64,000 nucleotides of DNA from Octopus vulgaris (GCA_951406725.2 OX597817.1:95232001-95296000); one strand, 5' to 3'; positions 39,888-54,859 are shown, numbered from the stretch's first letter. Notes: a model not told the origin generated them from the letters alone. Numbers and translations are program-made.

Positions 39888-40377
39888 GAGTGCGCGTGTG
39901 TGTATGTATGCATATATGTATGTATGCATGTATATGTGTATGTATATATGTGTGTAAGTGTGTGCATATATGTATATGTAAGTATGTGTGCGTGTATGAG
40001 TATGTATGTATGCTTGCACACGTGTATATATGTGTGTGTGTGTATATATATGGATGCGCGTGCGTGTGTGCACGTGTATGGGTACGCATGTATATGTGTA
40101 TGTGCGTGTATGTGTATGTATGCATATATGTATGTATGCATGTATATGTGTATGTATATATGTGTGTAAGTGTGTGCATATATGTATATGTAAGTATGTG
40201 TGCGTGTATGAGTATGTATGTATGCTTGCACACGTGTATATATGTGTGTGTGTGTATATATATGGATGCGCGTGCGTGTGTGCACGTGTATGGGTACGCA
40301 TGTATATGTGTATGTGCGTGTATGTGTATACGTGTATGTATGTATGTGTGTGCGTATATTTGTATATGTATGTGTGA

Positions 40378-40414
<37 letters not shown>

Positions 40415-40620
40415 TGGGTGTGTGTATGCGTATAAATGCATGTAAGTATGGATGTATGGATGTATGTATGTATGTATACGTATGTATGTGTTTGTGTGTA
40501 TATGTATGTATGTGTGTGTATGTGTGTATATATATATATATATATGTGTGTATATATGTTTGTGTATGTATATATATGTGTATGTATGTGTGTGTATATA
40601 TATATGTGTGTATGTGTATG

Positions 40621-40678
<58 letters not shown>

Positions 40679-41069
40679 TATGTATCTGTATGTAGGAGTA
40701 TATGTGTGTGTGTGTATGTATATGTGTATATATATATATATATGTATATTTATTGGTGTATATGTATAGACTAGCCTCCTAAAGTGTAGACACGAATCTG
40801 TAGGTACGAGTACGTATGTGTATATACGTGAACGTATGTAGATGTTTGTATGTATGAATATAACGCGTGCGTACGTGTATGTGTATGAGTGTACGAATGG
40901 GTGAATGTACGTGCTAATGAGTGTGCGTGCGGGAATGAGTACTTGCCTTCTAGTAGACAGACAAATGGACATGCTGCCATAGCCAGGATCCTTAGCTCTA
41001 GCGATCAAAGATAACAAAAGTAATAAATGAAGATAATAAAATTAAAATTAGGGAATGGGCCTGTATTGG

Positions 41070-41120
<51 letters not shown>

Positions 41121-41544
41121 ATGTGTATGTGTAGGTATGTATAGGTACACATGTGTATGTGTATGTGTATGTATATGTGTATATGTATGTATGTGCACAC
41201 ATGTATATATATGTATGCGTGTATATGTATATATATATATATATATATGTACATATGTGTATGTGGGTGTATGTATATATAGGTGTAAATATGTGTATAT
41301 AGGGAACTAGGTGTGTTGTGTGTGCATGAGTGTATGTGCGTATGAATATATATTTTTCTGTGTATATATGTATGTGTGGTCGTGGGTATATATATACATG
41401 TGTGTATGCGTGCATGCATGGGAGTGAGTGTATGCATATATACGTGTGTGTATGTGTAGACAGGTATATGCATGTGCATGTGTATAAATTTGTATATGTG
41501 GGCGGGTGTATGTATGTGTGTATGTAGATATGTATGTATATGTG

Positions 41545-41597
<53 letters not shown>

Positions 41598-41640
41598 ATA
41601 TATGTGTGTGTAGATACGTATACATATGTGTATAGGTATA
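38635..41640. repeat. Complex (TA/TG) low-complexity tract with an approximately 212-bp tandem duplication at 39890-40325
   Basis: Directly visible; tgggtacgcatg recurs near 40079 and 40291. Confidence 0.85.
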
Positions 41641-41979
41641 AGTGAGAATCTCCTTATTTACCTATAACTCTATCCCCCCTTTTTTTATATATATATATTT
41701 TTTATATATATTTTTTTATATATTTTTTATTTTTATTATTTTTTTATTTTTTTATTTTTTTTTTATTTTTTTTTATTTATTTTATTTTTTTATTTTTTAT
41801 TTTTTTTTTTTTTTTATTTATTTTTTATTTATCTATTCTTTCATCTAACTTACCACTGACTCCTTGACCACTCCCCCAAGTATGATATTTTGCGCTATGC
41901 CTACCCCCAAAAAAGTCCCCCACCACCACTCCTTTAAACCTGCCTAAATGTATAAATGCTAATACAATTCTTGTTAAAT

Positions 41980-42030
41980 AGCTTCCTGAAGATTTCTCTT
42001 GAATGAAACAGTACTAGTCCTGTAGAAGCT
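41980..42030 (+). ncRNA. Hammerhead-like motif in the family C terminal repeat (inverted copy at 37573-37623)
   Basis: agcttc-CTGAAGA-t-ttc(tctt)gaa-t-GAAAC-agtact-a-GTC-ctgta-gaagct; stem I is offset by a 5-nt bulge. Confidence 0.5.
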
Positions 42031-42113
42031 CCTTCTATATAATAAATTAATTTTACTCTGCTATGTATTGAGTACCTTACTTACTGTGGTTAACCCCGAA
42101 TCAACCCGGGACC

Positions 42114-42720
<607 letters not shown>

Positions 42721-43494
42721 TGTTTTAGTCTCAAGAACTTACCAATCCGCTTTCCTAATCCTCTGTCCCTTCTCTCTGTACTATGAGAGTATGTGCTGAC
42801 AACTTGTCACCATTGTCTCTTTCTCTCTTTCTAGCTAGGGTATCTCCTCTACAACAAGACACTTGTACCAATCCTTCATTCATACTTTAGCATCTCAGCA
42901 TCTGGTATAATGCAATGTCCCTTAATACTACATCGCCACTCAATCATGGGGTCTTGTGAGTTACTTGGTGACTTCACTAGCAATAGAGCCATGAAAAAAG
43001 CACCCAGTACACTCTGAAGAGTGGTTGGCTTGATGCGGACCTCTTCATCAAATTCTTGTCAAACTGTCCAACCCATGCCCACATGGAAGATAGATGTTAA
43101 ATGATAATGATGACCATGATGATGATATAAAGGCTTTTAAGGGAAATTCTTGTAAATCACATTAGGGGCAAATACATTACTTTTAAATATCTGCCTTAAT
43201 ATTTGTTCACCAAAGCAGTGAATGTATCACTGATTAATAGTAATGACATTTTATTTACTAACATTAATATTTTATTCTTTTTTTAAATTCTTTTTACTTG
43301 TTTCAGTCATTTGACAGACAGCCATGCTGGAGCACTGCCAAGGTGTTAGTCAAAGAAATAACCCCAAGACTTATTCTTTCTAAGCCTAGTACTTATTCTA
43401 TTGGTCTCTTTTGTTGAAATGCTTAGTTATGGTGACATAAACACACCAGCATTGGTTGTCAAGCAGTAGCAGAGAAACAAACATGAACACACAC

Positions 43495-43543
<49 letters not shown>

Positions 43544-43565
43544 CACATATATATACACATATATA

Positions 43566-44400
43566 TTAGGTTGTCAAGAAAATTTCTTGTAGAATTTTTA
43601 ATTTTGGTTTTAAATGATCTATTTTCAAATTAATTTTCGTTAAATTACTTTGACTTTATATATCATTTTAAAGCCCGTTTTTCGCTCTATCTAATCATGT
43701 TACTCCTTTTCTTTTTGAATATTTAGGCCATTTTTTCCAGAATGTTGAATACAACATGGACAAAAAGCAAATTTGCACAATTTTCTTATTCCAGTTCAAG
43801 CTAGGCCAAAAAGCTGCTGAAACAGCTCACGATATCAATGATGCGTTTGGCCCAGGAACCACTAATGAATGTACAGCACGATGGTGGTTAAAGAAATTTT
43901 ATAGCAGTGACGAGAGTCTTGAAGATGATAAGCATAGTGGTCGGCCATCGGGTGTTGACAATGATCAATTAAGAGCCTTAGTCGATGCCAATCCACGCAC
44001 AACTGTTCGAGAGCTTGCTTCTGCATTAGACGTAACATATACGACAATTTCCAACCACTTGAAAGAGATTGGAAAAAAACAAAAATATTTGAGAAATGGG
44101 TGCTGCACGAATTGAACGACAACCAAACCTCTCGTCTACTGACTACCACTTTTTCAAGCATCTCGACAACTAACTGCATGAGAAACGCTTAAAAAACCAA
44201 GATGATGCCAAACACGCCTTCAACGACTTCATTGCCACCAGAACACAGGATTTTTAAGATACTGGCATAAATAAACTTTTGCTGACAAAAGTGTGTTGAT
44301 TCTGATGGTGTTTATTTCGATTAATAAAGTTTTGTTTGAGCCGAGATATGTGCATCTGATTTTAAAGGTTAAAAACTGCAAGAACTTTCTTGACAACCTA
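43566..44400 (+). mobile_element. Internally deleted mariner element
   Basis: TIRs ttaggttgtcaagaaa/tttcttgacaacctaa; ORF 43756-44115 MDKKQI..SLEDDKHSGRP..PRTTVRELA is a mariner DNA-binding region. Confidence 0.9.
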
Positions 44401-45307
44401 ACAGGTTTCTTCCAGTTTCTGTCAACCAAATCCACAAGGCATTGGTTAGCCTGAAGCTATAGTAGAAGATGCCCAAGGTGCCATGCAGTGGGACTGAACC
44501 TGGAACCATGTGGTTGGGAAGCAAGATTCTTACTACACAGCCATGCCTGTGCCTAGCAAGCTTCTTACCACACAACCATGCACAAACTGAATTTTTAGAA
44601 ATATCTGTACTCTGCATGATGGATATAATTTTTTTTTCCTACAATGAAAAATACTACATATTAAGGCTGCATTAAACAATTTATAAGTAATTCAAATAAC
44701 TACAATTTCTATAGTTTCACTTTTTAGGATCTCAACAAATGTTACAAAAAATATCTTTAATTTTTATCTTGTGACTTTTACTACAACCACCAATTTTATA
44801 TCACTCATGCAAAGATTTAGATGTTTTTGCAAATTGATGTTTTTGCATACATTTATAAAATATTAAAATGTGATTAGCATTTTAATACTTAAGTTACTCT
44901 TTAAAGAATCCTCAAATCTAACTGGAAAAGTGCTGCCTGCAATATTTAAAAAGTTAGGTTCCTGTAACTTAGCAGTTTGGCAAAAGAGACCAATAGAATA
45001 AATATGAAGCTTAAAAAAAAGTACAGTTGTTGATTTGTTCAACAAAAAGTCCTTCAAGGCACTGCCCCAGCATGGCCACAGTCTAATGACTGAAACAAAT
45101 AAAAGATAAAAGATAAATTCTCGAATTTATTTAGAGTGCTGCTTCAAATACATCTCAAGTTTGGTCTTATCACCTCTAACTTTGGAGATACAGCATACCC
45201 TTTGATATACCCACTTGCGCACTGAAACAAGGGACCTCAAAATGCCCTTTACATTTTAGGATCTTAGAAGTTAGACCTATTTTTTAATCTAGTTGAATCC
45301 CTAATTA

Positions 45308-45455
45308 ATGAGGCTGGCTATATGAATCATTTCTGAGATCATGGCTATCACATATTGTGAATGAAGGATACTAAAGAATAAAAGAGGTCACAAAAGCATA
45401 AAAAAATAAATAGTGGCTCTACACATTATGTTTACATATATGGCACCAAAGATAT
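45308..45455 (-). pseudogene. Partial duplicate of the PDSS1 DDxxD exon (acceptor plus 5' part)
   Basis: Near-identical to 47429-47574; reads ILHSQYVIAMISEMIHIASL then IN-stop. Confidence 0.9.
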
Positions 45456-45795
45456 GAGCTGCTATTCTGATACAAAAATAACAAGAATACTAATGCCATG
45501 ACAATATAAAATGCTTCTGAAACAAACACATATTACTAAATAATTCTATTTCATTACAAAAGCTTAGAGTGCAGCACTGTAATAAAATCCTATAGCAATT
45601 GTAATACAGACATAAAGATGAAACATGTAATTGATCAGTCAATCCAACAAATAAGAAACTTTTTATAGAACTTTGTAGAGTAAGATTTACCAGAACAGTC
45701 TTGCTGAAGAATCTGTTATCATGTGTGCAACCTACCTTTTTTAGTACTTGCTTACTATTGTTTCTATACTCTAATGAAATCTTCCTCCTTGCTTT

Positions 45796-46070
45796 GATCA
45801 ATTAAGAGCCTTAGTCGAAGTACAACTCTTCGAGAGCTTGCTTCTGAATTAGATGTAACATATATGACAATTTCCAACCGCTTGAAAGAGATTGGAAAAA
45901 ACAAAATTATTTGAGAAATGGGTGCTGCACAAATTGAACGACAACCAAACCTCTCGTCTACTGACTACCACTTTTTCAAGCATCTCGACAACTAACTGCA
46001 TGAGAAACGCTTAAAAAACCAAGATGATGCCAAACACGCCTTCAACGACTTCATTGCCACCAGAACACAG
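45796..46070 (+). mobile_element. Duplicated internal piece of the 43566-44400 mariner
   Basis: Closely similar to about 43962-44248 and shares the same deletion junction. Confidence 0.85.
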
Positions 46071-46872
46071 TGAAAGTAAAGATAATGGATCTCAATGCTT
46101 GTGTTACAGCCAAGCTTATTAAAATTAGAGAGTTTGTCCTCCACTAACTTAGTATAGTTACCTACCTGATGATTGTCAAGAAAGATTTTAACGAACTGAA
46201 CAAACCGATACCATGCATTCAGTGTTATTCACTGAATCAATGAAATGCATAGCCTTATAAGCTCACTTATCTGATAGGGAGGGGCAGTAAAAAAATCCTT
46301 GCTTTAAGTTTTCCATGATCAATTCAGAGAATTTACTGGTAAGGAGCCAAAGTAGATTAAATAAATATAGTAGTTATTTATTTAATATATTTACTCTAAG
46401 TTTTTTTGCCGAAATAATTAATTTAGTAATATGTAGTTATCCAAAAAGCATGTAATATATGACAAGCTTTAACATTGTTGCTATTTTTGTATCAAGATAG
46501 CAGACCATTAATAGATTACAGCTAAAAGGCTAAAACTGATGCTATTCTGTAAATCAGCACCTCCAAATATACCAAAGAATAGGTCTAATTTCTAATACAC
46601 CAAAATACAAGATGTAACTGAGGCCCCTAATTTTAGTATATGAGAGGATACCTTATCATATAAAGGGGTATGCTGTATTTCCAAAACTCAAAGTGACAGA
46701 GTAAAACTGATGTAATCAGGTACTTTTTTTAATGGTAATTATTAAAAATGGAAGCATGTTGTAAAATATAAAAAAAAACCCAAATAAATAACTACTTTCT
46801 TAAAGTAGTTGGTTCAGCACTCACAAATTAGTTGAAAACAATGTCAGATATGTAAAATATACTAGCCATCTC

Positions 46873-47087
46873 AAGGGTGGGTGTTACTGTAGCTTTTAGC
46901 CCCAGGAGATCATCGTCTCCAGCTGGCTTTAGGCACACTTTCTGTGCACTTATGGTATTTGCAAAGGGAGGTCAAACCCTCTCTCGTCAACCTCATTTTG
47001 CAAATACCATAAGGACACAAAGTGTGCCTAAAGCCAGCTGGAGACGATGATCTCCTGGTGCTAAAAGCTACAGTAACACCCACCCTT
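46873..47087. mobile_element. Palindromic MITE
   Basis: aagggtgggtgttactgtagc.../...gctacagtaacacccaccctt, with arms of about 95 bp. Confidence 0.85.
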
Positions 47088-47352
47088 AGTGGTTAGCCAT
47101 ATTGAGATGACTAATATACTTTACGTTGTCGAGTAGTTACAGTTTACATCTCGTTCAGAGATTTATTGTTGTTTAATGTCAGATATGTCACAGTGTTATT
47201 GTAAAAATGATATCTTCGCTGAGAGACATATCCTTGCATTTTTTTGGATTTAGATACATGATACAATAAAAATGATTTTGTTTCCATGAATCATTTTGTA
47301 AAATAAAACTGTACATTACATAATCTAAATCACAAAAGTAAAAAAGAATTAC

Positions 47353-47491
47353 CTTACGCTCACCCCATACAGCTTTCACACTTGGCTTTCCTCGCCGTAT
47401 GTCTGATTGGTCTATAACATCATCATGCATGAGGCTGGCTATATGAATCATTTCTGAGATCATGGCTATCACATATTGTGAATGAAGGATA
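47353..47491 (-). CDS. PDSS1: Decaprenyl-diphosphate synthase subunit 1, exon with the first DDxxD motif
   Basis: EMIHIASLMHDDVIDQSDIRRGKPSVKAVWGERK; acceptor ctttag, phase 2; donor gtaatt. Confidence 0.9.
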
Positions 47492-47584
47492 CTAAAGAAT
47501 AAAAGAGGTCACAAAAGCATAAAAAAATAAATAGCGGCTCTACACATTGTTTACATATATGGCACCAAAGATATAATTGTTCTA

Positions 47585-48458
47585 CGAGGTCTGATCAATA
47601 AGTATCCAGACTGTTGCCATAGTAACGAAGCTAAAGCATGCAGAGTAAAGTGGCTTGACAAAGATTGACCTTGAATTCTGCTGCACAAGTGCACTAAGTT
47701 TTAACATTCTAGCTCACTTCTGCTGTTTACAGCAGTGCTTGGAAGGAAGGTGTGTAGCATGTGATCGTCGCATTGACTATGAAAGAGAAAGTTGTCATGG
47801 CGATACCTGCTCAGAGGCCTATGCAATGTTATAGAAAGTATATGGAGAGGAGTGTATGAGAGGTTCAGACGTTTTCAAGATGGCCAAAAAAATGTCGATA
47901 TTGATGATCGTTCTGGGAGACCTGCAACCAGCAGAACTGAGAAAAACATTGCAAATGTGTGTGCAGGTGTGAGGAAAAATCACCAAATCAACATCTGTGA
48001 ATTATCAGAGGATGTGCAGATTAGTTATATTTCAGTTCAGTCCATTATCACTGAAGATTTGAGTATGAGACGTGTGTCCGCCAAATTTGTACCAAAACTG
48101 CTTTCAGCTGACCAAAAAGACACTTCGGTTTCAGTTGCACAAGATCTCCTTGATTGTGCCAAGAATGACGAAAACGTTTTGAAAACTTTGCATAGGCCTC
48201 TGAGCAGTTATTGCCAAGCTGTTAGTAAAAGTTGATGCAGATTTTCTGCTCAACTTTCTGTCATGGTCAATGCGATGATCACAAGTTACACACCTTCCTT
48301 CCAAGCACTGCTGTAAACAGCAGAAGTAAACCAGAACATTAAAACTTAGTGCACATGCACAGCAGAGTTCAGGGTCAACCTGTGCCAAGCAGATTCACTC
48401 TGCATGCTTTAGCTTTGTTACTATGGCAACAGTCCAGATACTTATTGATCAGACCACG
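47585..48458 (+). mobile_element. Mariner derivative with about 210-bp inverted arms and TA flanks
   Basis: ta|cgaggtctgatcaataagtatc...gatacttattgatcagaccacg|ta; interior DDRSGRP...RRVSAKFVPKLLS. Confidence 0.9.
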
Positions 48459-50502
48459 TATAGTATCTAACATGTTGATAAAATCACTACTAATAGAAAA
48501 GCTGGATGATATACTTCTTCTAAACAATTTAATAGCATAGTCCACACTTGAATATTTGATACTTCTGTTAGATTTCAGAACTAATATATGTCTGTTGGTT
48601 TGTGTTAAAGATTTTCTGTATTTTAACTAAAAAAAATGCTTTAACAAAATTTTCAAGCCAAAAGAAATGTATAAAAAACGATATTTTGCAAGCAAAAAAC
48701 TTGCAGTTGGGAAAATACTTTCAGTAGCAAACATGAATTCAAATGCAACAGAAAACTTTGAATCTGTGAAAACCACAATTACAACTTATCAAATGTCTAG
48801 CAAAGTTCTAGAATGAACACAGGTACGTACACAAGAAAAAATTACATGCGGTGAGGAGATGCATTCAGCTAAGATATAACCCATTTTCAATATTATTTTT
48901 TAATTTTTTATAATGCAAAATGTAGTTTCAGTTCATAAGTTATAGAACAATAACTGTCAGTTATTCATTGGTATAAATATTCTCTTATTCATGCCTTCCC
49001 ATTTCTTTAAAGTCCATCAGAATAAACTATACTGCGGTATGGAGATAACTTCATTCTCAGACAGCTCTTTGCATCCTACATTTGCCTACCTACACAACTG
49101 AAGCAATCTTAGACTGGTAATATTAACTCTTTGATAGCTAACCACTTCTCTTACATCATACAGAATACATGGCATCTTAATTGTAGTGAAGGCATCTATC
49201 TAACAAATTTCAGCTCTCCAAATAAACTCATTGAGTAGTATCTCTGAATAAAGGGTGATCAGTGGAGAGCAGACAACCACTCTAATGCCAGGAGTTTAAT
49301 AAAATGTATCCAGCTAGTACTATAAAGTGGTTTGTGATATGAAGGATACCAAACTATAAATACATGACATCCAAAGCAACAAAGTTGGCTAAATTTTCCT
49401 GTGTGTCAAATGATGAGAGAGGCTGATGATTACAATGGTTATAATGATATTGCAGACTACGCAGTAGGTTGCCCAACAATGTGACAGGTTGTACCAGGTT
49501 ACATGTTACCAGTGGCACTAAGAGTGACCTGACAATAGTTTGCCGGCAATCACTGAGCTGTGTATGCAACTACTTATTTTCTTGCTCAGGAGGCCAGGTG
49601 AAGAGAAAAGTTAGACACAAGGGCCCAATTCTGAGACGGTTAATGCAAATATATTTGTATAATTTTTTGCATATTGAAGTTAATATTACATGGAGGTTAC
49701 AAAAACAACTTTAATCATAAGGAAGTCATATGGCTAAATAAATCTACCTTCACCTCTCACAACTGCTTTACTTTATGCTATATATATCTCTCACTGAACA
49801 ATCGATCATTTGGATTTTTCTGGATTTTCAGTTACACAGACTTCTGGAATGCACACACACACAAATACATCATCATTATCACCCTTTTAATATGAACTTT
49901 TCCATACACACATAGGTTGGATGAAAATTGTAGAGATGGATTTTCTACAGCCAGATGCCCTTTCTATTGCCAACCCTCACCTGTTTGTAAGTAATATCTT
50001 CCTGTGATCAGACATGCTTTTATGAAAGAATGGAAAGGAAGGATATCACTAGCATGATGGTGATACTTGTTTTACAATGTGATGTCAAGGCAAGTAGACA
50101 TAACACACACACACACACACACATATACAATGGGCTTTTTTCAGATTCTTATCTACCAAATCCACCCAGAAAGCTTTAGTCAATCTGGGGCTATAGCAGA
50201 AGACACTTACCAAAGGTTCCACACAACCATACCATATAAAAATGTGTGTGTGTGTGTGTGTGTGTATAGTATATATAATGGGCAAGAATACATTAAAAAA
50301 AAACAACAGACACAGAGAATTAGTGTTCAAACCAAACAAGATATGTAAAATCTAATACTGATTGAAGGGACAGAATCCAAGGAAAGAGTTGGCTACAGGC
50401 AATGTACCAATTGAGCTTTATGAAAGTACAATAAAATAAAATATAGGCAGGCAGTTGTTAATGGCTTCAAAGCATAAAATAGTTATACAGGAGTATGGAA
50501 AA

Positions 50503-51076
50503 ATCTATTATATAAAATCCGTTCTGTCTGTCTGTGTGTGTGTCTTGTAGGATCTCAGGCATCATCCATCTGATTGCGCTCAAATTTGATATGTAGATAT
50601 TGATGGTATCAGGGCGTGTATAAGTCTTCAAAAAATTACAAAAATCAATTCCAGGTAAGAATGTGGGAACATGCATTTGTACGTGCAAGTACATCAGCTG
50701 TTGCGATCAATACTACGCGTACACGAGAAAAATGCACGGCAGTTTGCGTAAAAAAAGCCGGCTGGCTTGAAATGCAGTATATTTAAGAGACCAAAAAGTG
50801 AGATGCAAAACAGATATTTTCTTTAAACCTGGCATGAAGGAAGGAAAGACTATTTGGTTTCTCAAGAAGTTTTTTTTGGATAAAATCGTTTTTTTTTTGG
50901 AATAGAAAAAAAGTCTATCTTTATTTCTTCTTTTGCTGGTGTCTCAAATTTAGGTTAAATCAGTGTTTCTCAAAGGGGAGACCTATGGGACGGTCGGACA
51001 AGTTGTTTTGAGAAAACTTGGTTAAATGTTTGACAACTCAGCACTGTCAATTGGACGGGGGGTGGGGTGGCTGCTC

Positions 51077-51080
<4 letters not shown>
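50503..51080 (+). mobile_element. Non-autonomous Helitron-like 5' fragment
   Basis: Starts tctattatataaaatcc-(ctgt)n, similar to the other Helitron-N 5' ends in this window. Confidence 0.45.
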
Positions 51081-51132
<52 letters not shown>

Positions 51133-51454
51133 GCAGAAATGCAAGAAAATCAAGAGTTCATAGTATTCTTCATAGATAGGTATATATCTTCAAAATTCAT
51201 ATCAAACCTCACAAATAGGACAGTGGATAATATAGCAATCCTTTACAATTGTTTCTGGGATTAGGTGTTCAGTAAGTGCTGTATTGTGCATCATGTGTAT
51301 ATGTACATGATGTAGATTGGTGTTAGCAAATGCATATGAAATAACACAATGAATTTTGTCTAACCCATGCAAAAGTAGACATTAAAAAAAATGAAGAGAA
51401 AAATAAAATTTCATGGAAATTTTTGCAATAAATATTTAAATATAATTAACTCAC

Positions 51455-51588
51455 GTTGAATCACCAATATGGTGAAAATTACATGATTTTGCCATGAGCA
51501 TGACTGTCATGGGTCGTAGAGATTTGCCCCTGCCATCCAAATGGTAGTGTGCAATTTCCTGAAGGTCTGGATGGATTGTATAAATTAA
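51455..51588 (-). CDS. PDSS1: PDSS1 exon (GKxxRP motif)
   Basis: LIYTIHPDLQEIAHYHLDGRGKSLRPMTVMLMAKSCNFHH resembles YYFDGKGKAFRPIIVALMARACNIHH; acceptor ttgcag, phase 0; donor gtgagt, phase 2. Confidence 0.9.
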
Positions 51589-52893
51589 CTGCAACATAAA
51601 AGAAACAAACTTCAATAAGAGTATTTTTTCATATGATCTTTACTGGAGACAGATTCATAAATCAGGCATTGAAGCTTGAATTGTTACACATTAAACTGAG
51701 ATTTGAAGCAACTTATTTGGTAGAAAAACTGAAAAAAATAAAAATAAATAAAAGTGATATATGAACAGGGAGACAAAGCAGAGTATCACATTTCTAAAAT
51801 AAATGCTTAATTGCTGGTGCCACATAAATTGCACAAATGCCAATGCTATGTAGATGCAACCATGCCAATGGCATGTGAAAAACACCCAGCACACTGAGTA
51901 AAGTGACTGGCATTAAGAAGGGCATCCAGCTATAAGAACCATGCCAAAACAGACAATTGGAGCCCGACAGCATGGAAAATGGACATTAAATGACAATGAT
52001 GATGAGTGTACAGGAAATAGTTATAGTGTATTGGACAATATAACTATTTTCTGTACACTAAGTATTTCAGGTGCAATAAAAGATATAATATGAGCAACCA
52101 TCAAGCAAAGACTTTCATGGAGTAGTGATCAGTCTTTTCATGTCTTCTAGGTAGTGATAGCTAGTTAAGGTTGGTTTGAATTTTAGCAGATTTTTTTTAT
52201 AAGAAAAATGTATACGAATGCAGTTTTGGTAAAGTAAAATGTTTAGTGAGAGTTGAACACAAGGATTGGAACAAAAAGTATGCAATATGTTATCATTAGT
52301 TGAACATAGGCCTCAAAAGAAGGAAATCTACAATGACACATTAATATAATGTGCAGAAGTGCTATACAAAGCTTGTAGAAGAGGTTAGTCATAAGTGAGT
52401 ATAGATCACTGAATGTAGGATGATACCTTTGCCAGTAAGGAAAAGAGACATTCTGACTGAAAACGATCTCAGAGCTGGTGGTTAGATACCTGTAATGGAT
52501 ACTAATTAAAGTGTTTGAAGCAGTTAGGATTACAGACAAGATAATGCAGTATCAAGATACATAGCTGTATGGTAAGAAGCATGTTTCCAAGTCACATGAT
52601 TCTGGGTTCAGTCCTACTGCATAGAACCTTGGGTAAGTGTCTTCTACTTGTGAGTGGATTTCACAGATATAAACTGAAAGAAGGACATTGTATGTATGTA
52701 TGTGTGTGTGTGTATGTGTGTGATAAGTACTGGGGGTCGATTCATTCCACTAAAAATTCAAGGTGGTGCCCAAGCATGGCTGTAGTCTAATGACTGAATT
52801 AAAATAAAAGAAAAGAAAGATAGAGGGAAGATTATATCAAGACAGAAAAAATAAAACATTACTTAAATGATGATGATATAAAAATATCTTTAC

Positions 52894-53085
52894 CTTTTTA
52901 ATATCATTATTAAGCATTAAAAATTCATCTTCAACTAACTTATAAGAATTTTCAAACTGTTTCATATGTACATCCTGATTACTGTGATGAGTTGATGCAT
53001 GCTGCTGGTAAGAATATAGTTTTGATGGTATTTCTGAGATCAGGGGTGAGACAGTATTAGCTGGATGATTTCTGATTAGAAAAAT
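52894..53085 (-). CDS. PDSS1: PDSS1 exon (N-terminal region)
   Basis: Acceptor ctttgcag; 64 open codons ending SYKLVEDEFLMLNNDIKK; gtaaag donor, phase 0, matching the next exon. Confidence 0.75.
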
Positions 53086-54859
53086 CTGCAAAGAGATAAC
53101 ATTTCAATGAAATATTTACCAGCCAGAAATCCTATGCAAGAAGAACAAAGGAAAAAAAAACATTTCAAAGAAAATGAAAGACTGGCAGATAAACCCATTT
53201 TGGGGGGGACAGTGTTTCTATGAATGTTTTTTTCTCATCTATTTGGTTTAATTTACCATTTTTGTAAGTTATAAGGGAAAGCAGGATATAATATCAAGGA
53301 CCTTGACTAACGATAAGCATTGATCTTGGAGATTTCTGAAAATTCACAGACTAATACTAGTCTATCACATAAGTTCATATCGAAAATCATAGAGGTAAAA
53401 ATTTGGTGTATGCAATTGGGTAGTATTTAAATTAAAATAAGCCATCCATGTATCGATCATAATGCATATATACACCAATGACAGGCAAATTACTGAGGCT
53501 TCTGTTTATAGAGAGAGACGAAAAATCAAGTGAGAAAGCTAGCAGCATTTTGGCCTTTCTGGATCTTGTCAAGATGAGATTTGTCACCTCCAATATAGGA
53601 TACAAATCTCATCTAGGTGTGTGGCTGGCAGTAAGCACACATGATTGACAAAGCTCCAAGAGGCCAATATACATATATAACCTCTGTTTCTCTGTCAATA
53701 CTCACACATTCACTCACTACAAAAAGTGAATAAAAAATTTCACTTCTCTCTCTTTTCACATACACTAACAATTCACATATACACCACACATTCTGTCTTG
53801 CACACCCCATCAAACACACACTCTCTCTCACATACACACACACATCAATTCTTCCGCTTCACACCAGCTTCAAAAGAACTTCACTTGTACAATTGTGCTC
53901 TCCCTGTCTCTTTCGCTTTCATGCCAACTTCAAAAGATCCCCTTTCCACCCAACCCTATATTCAAAAATAAAAATTTCTTACGGAGAATGGCTCCTGGCT
54001 ACTTTCACTGCAGGCGAAGGAGTAAAAAAAATGAAGATATTTTCACTTGTCCGGGCATTGCTATTACAGTCAAATTAACAACAATTTGACTCGAGAGATA
54101 AACACAAACCACCTTGTACTGACTGAAAAAATCCCGCCAAATATACTTTTAATTTCTGCTCTCTGATTATACAGACGTCCAATATAATAGCTCTCACCTA
54201 CATTTTGTTCTCTAAAATGGTACGTGTCTATTTTTTCTATAAGCGTATAACAATGACTTATTCCGTACTTCTCCACTTAGCTTTTATCTTCACTTTTCTT
54301 AAATTGGATACGTCTGCTATTAAGTTACAGAACTTTGGCAGAACAGTTAAAAATCATTTCTGCTTTACTTCTTACATACAATTTCCCCGTAAATTCTTAC
54401 AGCTTCATTTTTGGTGATGATTGAAATGTCAAACATTTTCTAACTGTTAAAGCAATTCTTAACGTCAACTTCTTAATGCCTCTTCTATTTTTTTCCTAGC
54501 CCCCATACTTACCAAGAAAATCGATTAAAACTCTTTGTTCTGCCATAAAACAACCAGTTGCTCACACAGCTGGCATATACCCTTTCGCTAGCAACAAGGG
54601 GACTAAAGGATGACAGTCAGCTAATACCTTATGCCTAACTAAAAATGATAGGCAATCTCGTCATTTAGCTTCATGCTTATTCACTATTGTCATTTCTAAT
54701 CAATTTACCGATATTGTCCTTCAAAGCTGCATGCTTTTTTTTTTAAACATTTCCACCTATAATAACAGATAAAGATTAATACTTCGTTCAAAAACCTTAA
54801 CGTTTCTCTTTCAGACATTGGTTCAAGTTGCAAAAAAACTATACTTTCGTTACACTTAC

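Noticed and set aside
54513-54546. Alternative PDSS1 first exon ATG-MAEQRVLIDFL followed by GTAAGT (minus)
   Set aside because: The phase-1 donor does not fit the phase-0 acceptor at 53085; no bridging exon was found.
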